DNA from: Octopus vulgaris
Lineage: Eukaryota
Direction of reading: 5' to 3'
Length of the DNA: 64,000 nucleotides
NCBI GenBank assembly: GCA_951406725.2
Contig: OX597819.1
Location: 70,246,001-70,310,000 of the forward strand
Below, piece after piece: positions 1 through 10,888 of this stretch. Every line of letters starts with the position of its first letter. Position 1 is the first letter of the stretch. Made by a program: the position numbers and the translations under genes. The notes under the pieces are model-generated. The model was not told where the DNA came from. It worked only from the letters and a program-made list of their open reading frames with translations, and did not search any database.

Positions 1-367
1 AAAAATTTGCATTATGTAGCCTGTTATCCTCTTTGAGTGAACATTTTTCTGGTTGAAATACACTGAAAAGTGGAGACACAGCAGTCAAAAAATCGTAAAA
101 AATAGGGATTTTCATAGAAAAAAGCACCTTTTTGATGTAAATAATCTTTGGTGTTAACATGGTCTGATTTGAATTTTTTCTTCTATGGAAGGAAGAGCAA
201 GCCTTCTATCATACTCTCAATTTTGGTCAACTTGCGCCGCAGGGTCTCGGAGGAGATAGTGTTAATTGAAGGCTACCAAACCTGCCATACACAGACAACT
301 TCAGCTTTATATATATAGATATATATATACACACATATAGATACATATACATATATATATGTGTATG

Positions 368-407
<40 letters not shown>

Positions 408-669
408 TATATACATACATATATACACACACACACATAATATATATATACATAATATATACACACACAGGCACACACATATATACATACACATATATAT
501 ATATATATACATACATACATACATACATACATGCATACATATATATCATTATCATCATCGTTTAACGCCTGTTTTCCATGCTGGCATGGGTTGGACGGTT
601 ACTGAGGTCTGGATCTCCAGTGGCTGCACCAGGTTACATGCACACACACACATATATATGCATGCATGC

Positions 670-700
<31 letters not shown>

Positions 701-759
701 CATACATACATACATACATACATACATACATACATACATACATACATACATACATGTTA

Positions 760-1035
760 ACAACTGTAAGGAGGTGCTTTATCCATTCACATAGTGAATG
801 AAGCCTTGGCCAGGAGGAACTGATGTCGTCAGATGGTATCCATCATTCATCAGGTGTTTCGACCCTGAACCGTAACACCTTCCCATTGGTGGGTCAGTAA
901 AGGTAGCCAAGTGTCTGCTCCTCAACTCCTCCCAGCTTCCAACTTAACTCTTTTCTCTTACACCAAAGCCAGCAAAGAGGCTCTTTCAGCTGCCTCTCCC
1001 TTCTTGTGCACAGCCAAACTTTGCTTCTTACCTCT
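760..1035 (-). mobile_element. 3' end of an RLE-type (Hero/NeSL-like) non-LTR retrotransposon, decayed
   Basis: Minus strand with one frameshift reads AAERAS-C-WLWCKRKELSWK, resembling the C-terminal AERASxWLWxKR motif of Hero-like ORFs, followed by a 3' UTR. Clade assignment is from recalled family motifs. Confidence 0.55.
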
Positions 1036-1126
1036 CATTTTATTTATTTTATTTTAGAAAATATTTAGTTTGATAAAGCGTACAGATGAAAACGTTACAA
1101 ATTATCATGTTCTCTTTGGTTGTGCG

Positions 1127-1584
1127 ATGTAATATGCTTGAGAAAACCTGTTGAGTCAAGTAAAACCAATATTGTAGCTGTGGCCAGTGCCCCCTGACTG
1201 GCTCCCATGCCAGTGGTACATAAAAAGAACCATCCAAATGTGGTCGATCCCAGGTCCGCCTGACTGGCTTCCATGCCAGTGGCACATAAAAAGCACCATC
1301 TGAACGTGGCCGATGCCAGTATCCCTGATTGGCCCCATGCCGGTGACACGTAAAAAGCACTATCCAAACATGATCGATGCCAGGCCTGCCTGACTGGTTC
1401 CTGTGCCAGTAGCACATAAAAAGCACCCACTACACTCTTGGAGTTGTTGGCATTAGGAAGGGTACCAGCTGTAGAAATATTGCCAGACCAGATTGGAGCC
1501 TGGTGCAGCCGCTGGCTTCCCAGACCTCAGTCAAACCATCTAACCCATGCCAGCATGGAAAGCAGACATATGATGATGATGATG
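1127..1584 (+). mobile_element. 5'-truncated RTE LINE 3' UTR with ~59-bp tandem unit x4 and (GAT)n tail
   Basis: Repeated ctgactgg..gccagtggcacataaaaagcaccat unit, then ttggcattaggaaggg...ccatgccagcatggaaagc and (gat)n. The same tail is joined to an RTE ORF at 46060-47070. Confidence 0.75.
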
Positions 1585-1594
1585 TTGATACACT

Positions 1595-2000
1595 CTCTTT
1601 TACGCTTTTACTTGTTTCAGTCATTTGACTGTGGCCATGCTGGAGCACCGCCTTTAGTTGATGAAATCGACCCCAGGACTTATTCTTTGTAAGCCTAGTA
1701 CTTATTCTATTGGTCTCTTTTGCCGAACTGCTAAGTTACGGGGACATAGACACACCAGCATCGGTTGTCAAGCGATTGTGGGGGACAAACACAGACACAC
1801 AAACGTATACACACACACATACATATATTCATACATATATACGACAGGCTTCTTTCAGTTTCTGTCTACCAAATCCACTCACAAGGCTTTGGTCAGTCTA
1901 AGGCTATAGTAGAAGACACTTGCCCAAGGTGCCATGCAGTGGGACTGAATGCAGAACCATGTGGTTCGTCAACAAGCTACTTACCACATAGCCACTCCTA
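1595..2000 (-). mobile_element. tRNA-derived SINE family A, full-length copy
   Basis: Reverse complement of head aggagtggctgtgtggtaag...gttcagtcccactgc, internal microsatellite and tail gactgaaacaagtaaaag. About 30 full or partial copies occur in the window. Confidence 0.85.
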
Positions 2001-2888
2001 CACCTATGCTGTTCAAAGGACAAAGAAAAATATTGTCTTGTTTGGAAACAGGTGATAATATAAACTACCAGTCAAGCACTAGCGTCAATATTATTGACTA
2101 AACCCCCCCCCCCCCTCAAATTTTCTGGCCTTGTACATATATAAAAAGAATGATTATTATTTGTTTTAGAATTTTCCATTGTCTAATCAGTATGCAATTA
2201 ATACTAGATGCAACATCTCATGTTGCATTTGACATTGTCTGGCTCGGTGTCAGAGGAACTCGAATATCACAAGTTGTCTGGCATCATGAGCAGTCAACAA
2301 ACTCACAGATTCTTAGTATATAATCTGATCTAGCATCTGTTGAGTGCTGGTAGGGAGATGATGCACAAGGAAATCAATTAGAAGAAATCTCGTGTTGCAA
2401 AACACTTACTATTCACAAGCACTGTGAGGTGGGGTAGAATCGATGCAATCAACTCACCCCAACCCTCAAAATTCCTAGCCTTGCGCATAAATTCAAAACA
2501 GTTAGTATCATCAATATCATTATCATCAACAACAACACCACCATCATCATTTAATGTCCATTTTCCATGCTGTCATGGATTGGACGGTTTGACAGGAGCT
2601 GGTATGGCCAGGAATCGCACCAGGTTCCATTGTCTGTTTTAGTATGTGTTCCACATTTAGATGCCCTTCCTAACACCAACCACTTTGCAGAGTGTACTGG
2701 ATGCTTTTTATGTGGGACCATCACCAATGCTTTTCATGTGGCCCCTTGGTTTTAGAATTTCGATTCTGTTGTGATGGGTGGGTCTTCCTGGGTACAGCAA
2801 TGTACCGCATATCTCAGTCCTCTGTTATGTCCTTCATAAGGTTCAGCGTTTTGAGATTGGCCTTCAGTAGACAGTCAGATAGACAGGC

Positions 2889-2927
<39 letters not shown>

Positions 2928-2959
2928 TAGATAGATGGATAGATAGATAGATAGACAGG

Positions 2960-2999
<40 letters not shown>

Positions 3000-3029
3000 C
3001 GGGTAGATAGATAGATAGATAGATAGATA

Positions 3030-3423
3030 TAGGAGTGGCTGTATGGTAAGACACTTGCTTACCAACCACATGTTTCCACGTTCAGTCCCACTGCATGGCA
3101 CATTGGGCAAGTGTCTTCTACTATAGCCTCAGGCCGACCAAAGCTTTGTGAGTGGATTTGGTAGACAGAAACTGAAAGAAGCCTGTCGTGTAAGTGTGTG
3201 CGTGTGTGTATTTGTGTGTCTGTTTGTCCCACCACCACCACCATCGCTTGACAACCGATACTGATGTTGGCATGTTTACGTCCCCGTAACTTAGCGGTTC
3301 AGCAAAAGAGATTGATAGAATAAGTACCAGGCTTACAAAGAGTAAGTCCTGGAGTCGATTTGCTCGATTAAAGGTAGTGCTCCAGCATGGCCACAGTCAA
3401 ATGACAGAATGAAGTAAAAGAAT
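3030..3423 (+). mobile_element. SINE family A, full-length copy
   Basis: A-box-like tggctgtatgg, B-box-like gttcagtcc, ttgggcaag core, internal (TG)n and gtaaaagaat tail. Confidence 0.85.
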
Positions 3424-3485
3424 ACATATATATTATATAGATGTGTATACATACATATATTGATATGTGTGTGTGTGAGAGTGTA

Positions 3486-3531
<46 letters not shown>

Positions 3532-3984
3532 GTGTGTGTGTGTGTGTGTGTGTTGTACAAAGAAATAAACTAAGCTGACTCAACTTGTTTTTGTCGGTGG
3601 TTTTGGTGTTTCTTTCTGTAACTATTCAAAAGAAATCATAAAAATCAAGCTTTTAGAAGAATTGCTAACAGTGATTTACATGAGGCTCTCTGGAAATATT
3701 CTCAGTTCATCAAGGAGAACTAATTGTAATGTGTTAGTATTGTTGGAATTAAATACTGTGGCTTTTGTGTGCTTAGCTTCTAGTTTCATAAATTCACTCA
3801 CATAACCACACACACACACACACACACAGAGTTTGATAGAGAGAGAGAGAGAGATGAGGTGAGTGCAAAGAGATATAAAATAAGAAGCAAAAGCTGGTTT
3901 GGCAACTTATGTATTACTATTGAAAATATTGAGAACTTTTATCAAACAACAAATACATAAAATGAATAAAGGATAAAAAATATA

Positions 3985-4119
3985 ATTATTTACATTTGAA
4001 AAATATTTGTCCTTATCTTGTTTACTGTTAACATGTTTCGGCTGATATAACCTCCAGCCTTCATCAGGTGTTTTGGGGAAATTTCGAACCTGGGTTCTCA
4101 TTCCTAAGGTATTTTTCAA

Positions 4120-4157
<38 letters not shown>

Positions 4158-4470
4158 TCACTGCTTGGAATCGAACTTAGAATCTTGGGAATATGGCATA
4201 GTGGTTAAGAGCGCAGGCTACTAACCCCAAGATTCCGAGTTCGATTCCAAGCAGTGACCTGAATAATAAAAATAATAATAATAACATTGAAAAATACCTT
4301 AGGAATGAGAACCCAGGTTCAAAATTTCCCCAAGACACATGATGAAGGATGGAGGGTATATCAGCCGAAACGTTGTGTTAACAACAAACAAGATGAGGAC
4401 AAATATCCATCAAATGTAAATAATGTAAATAGCGCACATAATTCCTCATCTCTTAAATATAGAACTGTAA
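3985..4470 (+). mobile_element. tRNA-headed non-autonomous element with Penelope-type hammerhead tail, preceded by an inverted truncated copy
   Basis: A box TGGCATAGTGG at 4194-4204, B box GTTCGATTCC at 4239-4248, HHR-like motif at 4334-4379. 3985-4189 is the reverse complement of ~4226-4424. Confidence 0.75.
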
Positions 4471-4542
4471 AAAAATTATGCTAAATATCTAATCTTAGCC
4501 TCTGTTTCATAAAATCAAACTGGATAAATTTCGATTTCTCCA

Positions 4543-4716
4543 TCAGGTGTAATGTTGGGGAAAGTTTAGGAAGCATAGGGGTTTTGAAGGATGCAATGTC
4601 CTGATTGCTAATATCTGATGTGAGTAGTCTAACCAATCTTTGATGATTCTGAGCAAAGAATAAAAAAAAATATTGACGTATTGTTTTACTGTTGGATGCC
4701 TTTCCTTTAACCAGCC
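4543..4716 (-). mobile_element. CR1/L2-type LINE 3' fragment
   Basis: Similar to 49546-49720 (tcaggtgtaatgttgg...ggaagcat...ggatgcaatgt). Confidence 0.6.
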
Positions 4717-4929
4717 TTTACTTGTTTTTCATGTCAGAATTCTTTAATTTTGCAGGTTTTTGAAGATGTGATTTGTTGACAGAAGTTATGACAACAATCC
4801 TGCTTCTAACTACAATTTTCATAGAGACCAAATATAAACAAACACACACAAACACATATATTCTTACATGATGGCTGTCAACTTGTTCAACAAGTAGGAC
4901 CATCACTGATAAATTACCTTTTTTTTTTT

Positions 4930-5435
4930 TTTTGGCAATGACCATGGGACCTGAAATGGCTTTTAAAGTCACCAAGTGACTTGCATTTTTTTATATTGTA
5001 ATCAGGTGTTCTTTCTGTACAGTACCCAGATTGTGTACTTTCATGTTCCTTGTGAATCCAGACTGGTCGGAAAATTCCTTGCCACATAGACTGCATAATG
5101 GATTACCTGCTAGAAATTGGTTGTTAACAACTTGAGGCCTTTCAGAATATTTGTGTAAGTGAGTTGTGGGGCCAGTTCTGGAGAGGCAAACACATCTGCA
5201 TTCATCTTACTCAAACTGTAGAACCCTTGGACCAAAAGGTTCTCTTTTCCTGCCAGCTCACTTTACATCAGCCAATTCTAATGAAGATTCCTGAAACTTC
5301 CTGATGCCATTCTTTATTTTTGAGTGCCATTACTTCTGTCAAGCACTAAAGATGCCCAGGAAGTTGTTTCAAGTTTGCATAGAGTTGAGAGAATCTTTCA
5401 CTCAGTTCTTGAAGCACAATTTTAGCCTGTGCTGT
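4930..5435 (-). mobile_element. RTE-clade LINE ORF C-terminus with terminal C2H2 zinc-finger remnants, pseudogenised
   Basis: Minus-strand frames give LKLCFKN*VKDSL, an SWASLVLDRS segment, CSLCGKEFSDQSGFTRNMKVH and KCKSLGDFKSHFRSH, with stops and frameshifts. Confidence 0.7.
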
Positions 5436-5454
5436 AGTCTTGTACCGGACATTA

Positions 5455-5772
5455 GCTCACCATATCGACACCCCATTGGATGGACTGACAACAAGGGTTT
5501 CAGTCCAACCAATCAACAAAACAGCCTGTTTGTGAAATGAACATGCAAATGGCTGAGCCCTCCACAGAAGCACAAACCTTGAATGTAGTTCTCAGGAAGA
5601 TTAAGCAAGACAAAATGTGACAAGGCTGGCCATTTGAACTACAGGTACTACTCATTTTGGCCAACTGAGTGAACTGCAATGACGTGAAATAAATTGTCTT
5701 GCTCAAGGATTCAATGCCACCAGGAATTGAACTAACAACCTTATGATCATGAGCTAAATATCCTAACCACAC
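5455..5772 (-). mobile_element. tRNA-derived SINE family C, degenerate
   Basis: Shares head, ttgagcaagac core and tail with 43420-43801, 45094-45478 and 63560-63880. Confidence 0.7.
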
Positions 5773-6164
5773 ATTTTTTACCTATAAGTATATTTACAAA
5801 ATTTTCACTCATCATCATTTCTTCACTTCCACAGAATACAATGTTTACACACCTCTGAAATCACAGTTCCTAAATTTATATGTTGGTGTAGTTAATCAAC
5901 ACACTTATTGCGAGAATAAGCAGTGTGGGTTCAATTCCTATGCACATACTAATGACCATTTTTTTTCTGTTATGGGGCTTATGGTCCCTAATATTAGAAT
6001 ATTTTCTATACTCAGTATATTCTTTTATTCTTTCACTTATTTCAGTCATTTGACCATGGCCATGCTGGAGCACTGCCTTATTCTTTGTAAGTCTAATACT
6101 TATTCTATCGGTCTCTTTTGCCAAACCGCTAAGTTACAGGGACATAAACACACCAGTATGAGTG

Positions 6165-6195
<31 letters not shown>

Positions 6196-6245
6196 TTGTG
6201 TGTTTGTCCCCCACCACCATCATTGCAAGCAATGGTGGGGGACAA

Positions 6246-6285
<40 letters not shown>

Positions 6286-6793
6286 AAATAGGGATTCAGA
6301 TAGAATCAGGTACTTGAAAAGATATGCACCAGGTAGGGTTGGATAAACCTGTGATTCTGGCCTATGGTCGATAACTATCGAATAGGATATTCCAGTTGTG
6401 CACACAGAGAAAACCCACCCTCTGAGTACTTAGCACCTAGGGGCTGGTCCAAAGCACGCGTTACATTGAATTGCACATTGTCTGTATACTCTAGGGTGTC
6501 CGACAAGTCATAAATCTCCTTGGTGTATTATAATCAAACGAATAATAACAGACGATGGATAATTGTCAACTCATTATTGCTGTTTCTTGCACATTTTTTA
6601 ATAGAAGAACGAGAACATTACTCCATTACAAAAAACTGCAATCATCAGATGAAACGTAATTTTACAAACAAAGGATCCCAAGAATACAAGAGGGGTGTGG
6701 CTGACGTCTGTTGAGGCTAACTATGAAATGGGAGAATGACCAACAAAGTTAGCTGTTGTGGGCATTTGTGGGTAGGGTTAGGTTAAGAATATA

Positions 6794-8063
6794 TTGGGTT
6801 GGCAACTAAGTTCCCACGGTTTTTTTTTAATTTTGGAATTTATTGTGTTTTTAAATTTTGGAATCTTTTTTTTTTTTTGAGAATTCTATTTTTTAATCCT
6901 TTTGGAATATATTTTGTTTTCTTTCTAGTTAATTTTAGTTAAGTTTTGTTTATTTTCACAACGTTAAAATGGAATCTCAAGTTAAGAAAAACGAGCATTT
7001 TTGACACCTCCTTCTTTTTGCTTTTAATCAAGGTTCTAAGGCCACAAAAGCTGCTTGCAACATTTGTGCTGTGTATGGAGACGGTGCCATAGCTCGCGAT
7101 TGGTATGCCAAGTTCAAAAATGGAAATTTTGACCTCAAAGACACACCTCGTTCTGGCCGTCCAGTTGAGTTCGATGAAGAGCGAATAAACCAACTTTTGC
7201 ACAAAAATTCTCGTCAAACAACAAGGAAACTGGCAGAGATAATGGAATGCTCCCACACTGCTATAGAGAAGCATCTTCACTCGATGGGAAAGGTTCAGAA
7301 GTATAGAGCATGGATTCCACATACTTTAAGTGACAACAACAAAAATCAACGAGCCACAATCTCCGCTGGTTTGTTTGCTCATCACCACTCAACTCATGGA
7401 CACAAGCAACGATTTCTTTACCAAATCATTACTGGTGATGAAAAATGGTGCCTGTACATCAATATGAAGCAGTGTAAGGAATGGCTTAACCCTGGTAAAC
7501 AAGCGACACCATGCGTGAAACAAGATCTTCATCTGCGTAAAACGATGTGCGTATGGTGGGCCTGAGAAGGGATTATCCATTACGAATTGCTTGAACAGAA
7601 CCAAACGGTCAACACAGAAGTCTATGTTCAACAGATGGAGCGACTCAACATGGCTATTCAAGAGAAAAGACCTAATCAACAGCATGGAGTTCTTCTGCTG
7701 CATGACAACACCCGCCCTCATATTGCTAATATGACCGAGGAAGCCATTCAAACGCATGGTTGGGAAGTGCTGCCACACCCACCGTACTCTCCTGATTTGG
7801 CACCAATGGATTTCCACCTCTTTCGCTCTTTCAAATGCTATGCGTGGAGTTTCATTCAATACTGATGCAGAATTGAGAGCTTGGTTGGATCAATTTTTTG
7901 ACTCGAAATCGGGTGATTTCTACCAGCGAGATATTGAAAATCTTGTTGAACGCTGGGAAAAATTTGTAAACAACAAGGGTGAATTAATTAGTTGTTATTT
8001 TTTATTAAACCAATTAAAAACTTTAAATTTAAAAAAATGGCAGGAACTTAGTGGCCAACCCAT
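6794..8063 (+). mobile_element. Full-length mariner (DD34D) transposon, inactive
   Basis: TIRs ttgggttggcaactaagttcc / ggaacttagtggccaacccat, TA target duplication at 6792-6793 and 8064-8065, length 1270 bp. Confidence 0.95.
6969..8000 (+). pseudogene. Mariner transposase pseudogene
   Basis: Motifs RSGRP, WIPHTL, ITGDEKW and LLHDNTRPH...HPPYSPDLAPMD with 34 residues between the second and third catalytic Asp. Stops at ~7003 and 7563-7565, frameshift near 7830. Confidence 0.93.
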
Positions 8064-8562
8064 TAGTTTGTGAAAGGATGTAATATGATATTTAAGGTCA
8101 GCGACCCAGATGAGATAGGAGTCTGCTAGACTGGTTCTTTAGTAGGTCAGGGGTGATGTGTAAGTGATATCTTATTATACTAGGCTTAGAGAAGCCTGTG
8201 ATAATAGCCCACTATAATAAAATATCGCCTACAACCAACCCCTGGACTACCAAAGAACCAGTCTAGCAGACTTCTATCTCACACGGGTCGCTGACCTTAA
8301 ATATCATATCATACCCTTTCACAAACTATATTCTTAACCCTACCCTCTAATGCCCACAATGACCAACTTTGTTGGTCATTCTCCCATTTCATAGTCAACC
8401 TCGACAGACTTCAGCCATGTTTCTGAATTGTTTGTAAAATTATGTTTCATCTGATGATTATGGTTTTTTTGGAATGGAGTAATGTTCTCTTTCTATTAAA
8501 AAATGCACAGGAAACAGCAGTAATGAGTTGATAATTATCCATCATCTGTTATTATTCATTTG

Positions 8563-8643
<81 letters not shown>

Positions 8644-8659
8644 GTATATATATATATGC

Positions 8660-9040
8660 TATGCTTGTGAAGACCTGTTGGGCCAAGTGAAATCGTAGTC
8701 ATGGCCAATGTCAGTGCTGCCTAACTGGCACATAAAATGCACCATTCGAACGTGGCCAATGCCAGTACTGCCTGACTGGCCCTTGTGCCTGTAGCATGTA
8801 AAAAGCACCATTCAATTGTGGTCAATGCCAATGCCACCTGACTGGCTCCCGTACTGATGGCACATAAAAAGAACCCACTACATTCTCGGAGTGGTTGGCA
8901 TTAGGAAGGGCATCCAGCCATAGAAATCTTGCCAAATCAGATCGGAGCCTCATGCAGCCTCCCGGATTGCCAGTCTTCAATCAAACTGTCCAACCCATGC
9001 CAGCATGGACAGTGGACATTAAACAACAATGATGATGATG
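8660..9040 (+). mobile_element. RTE LINE 3' UTR fragment
   Basis: Same tandem unit and ccatgccagcatgga...(gat)n tail as 1127-1584. Confidence 0.75.
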
Positions 9041-10888
9041 TATATATGTATGACAGGTTTTTTTCAGTTTCCATCTACCACATCCACTCACAAGGCTTTG
9101 GTCAGCCTGAGGCTATAGCAGAAGACATGCCCAAGGTGCCATGTAGTGGGACTGAACCTAGAACCAGGTGGTTGATGATGATGACATATATATATATAAT
9201 GATGATAAAGATGATGATGACAATGACACTGATGATGATGATGAGTGCAATGATGGTGATGATGATGGTGATGAAACAAAATAAAAGCAGAACTTTTTTT
9301 TTTCTTTAATCCACAAAATTCTCTGACAATTTCTATTCTGCAAATCTCATGCTAAAAATAGAAATAAAGGGAAAAACAAGATTTCAAAAAAAATCTTCAA
9401 AATAAATCCTCCAGTGTTGTTACTTTAAACATTCCTTAACGAAGGAGAAACACATTCCTCTAATTTCACTGCATCTCAATTGCATACATTAACGATGAAT
9501 AAAGGAATTCATCTATTTGAAAGGAAGTACACAAAAAAAAAAAAAAATGGTAGGGAAGCAAAAAAAAGAAACAATTAAAACAAACAGTCCTTATCTGTAA
9601 GAGCATCACCGTTGTGGGTTCTGTCGTATTTGACAAAACTTCCCCCTGTTGTCTCATAGAAATCATTGCAATCTTTTGAAACGGTGCCAATGATCTCAGA
9701 AAATGGAATATTTTCTTTTTAGGAGGTTCTTGTTTTTTAATTAAAAAGTAATTGCTTTGTTGTTGTTGTGTGCTTGCTGTTGTTGTGGTTGTTGCTGCTG
9801 TTGTAATCTCCTTGACCAAAAATTCACTGACACACAGCAAGCACCCCCTTTTCAACAAACCTATTCATTAACATCTCCTCCTCCACTTCATCACCATCCC
9901 CATCGTCATTATCATCCTCAACACCACCACCAACACCATCATTATCAACATCATAACCACTACCATCACCACCTTTATGACAACACCACCACCACATTCA
10001 GGACCACAATTGCCACCATCAACAACATCATCATCATCATTGTTGTCATAATGACCACTACCATACTCTCACCATTGCCACAACCCCACCACTTATATGA
10101 TTTCAACTATCATCATCATCATAACAACCACCAATACCACCACCACCATCATCATCCTCATCAATGATGACAGATAGTTATCAATTTTTGTTTTTTTTAA
10201 TTCTATAAATGAAACCCTTATTTTAAAATTTCTGCTTTAAACCACCCTGTTATGAATACACAAGGAAAAAGCACACGTGTGTACATACACACACACACAA
10301 ACACATATATAAACATACGCATGTACACACATATACATGTATTTATATGTATTTGGCTTTAAATGCATGCATAAACACACACAGACATACATACACACAT
10401 GCAATATAAATTTACAAGCATTTGGTTTTACATGCACACACACACATACACACATGCACGTGCACACACACACACACACATACATACAGAGGCATACATT
10501 TGCACACATGTGCATACATATATACCCATCATTATCATCTAACGTTCATTGTCCATGCTGGCATGGGTTGGATGGTTTGACCAGGACTGGTAAGCTGAAA
10601 GGCTGCACCAGACTCCAGTCTGTTGTAGCATGGTTTTCTACAGCTGGATGCCTTTCCTGATGCCAACCACTTTACAGAGTGTGCTCAGTGCTCTTACATG
10701 GTGCCATATTTGGTCTTACATGCACACATACACATGCACACAATGCACATACACATGTGCATGTTTTCTTTTATTCTTTTATTCGTTTCAGTCACTTGAC
10801 TGCAGCCATGCTGGAGTGCTACCTTTACCACACAACCACTCCTGTGCCCTTACAATATCAAATAGCTAAACCGAGACCATTTTCAAAA

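Larger units (their letters stand above)
6529..8568. mobile_element. Foldback/long-TIR non-autonomous element (~770 bp net) interrupted by a mariner
   Basis: Left arm 6529-6793 plus 8064-8188 is the reverse complement of right arm ~8202-8568 (tataatcaaacgaataataacagacgatgg vs ccatcatctgttattattcatttgattata). Confidence 0.9.

Noticed and set aside
227-755. ORFs rich in Y/I/C/V/H/T here and at dozens of other places
   Set aside because: They are translations of (TA)n, (CA)n and (TACA)n microsatellites, open in several frames on both strands.
1190-1430. CRISPR-like repeat-spacer array
   Set aside because: Units are whole ~59-bp tandem duplications without unique spacers, lie in an RTE 3' UTR in eukaryotic DNA, and no cas genes are present.
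4194-4260. Functional tRNA gene
   Set aside because: A and B boxes are present but acceptor and anticodon stems do not pair, so it is treated as a SINE head. The same applies to other tRNA-like heads.
5020-5100. Host C2H2 zinc-finger gene exon
   Set aside because: Contiguous with the RTE ORF C-terminus, first His missing, and flanked by stops and frameshifts.
9466-9858. 130-aa minus-strand ORF, and an alternative frame ending ...DALTDKDCLF*
   Set aside because: No recognisable domain and no convincing splice acceptor or donor; it includes a (CAA)n tract. It cannot be excluded as UTR or exon without RNA data.
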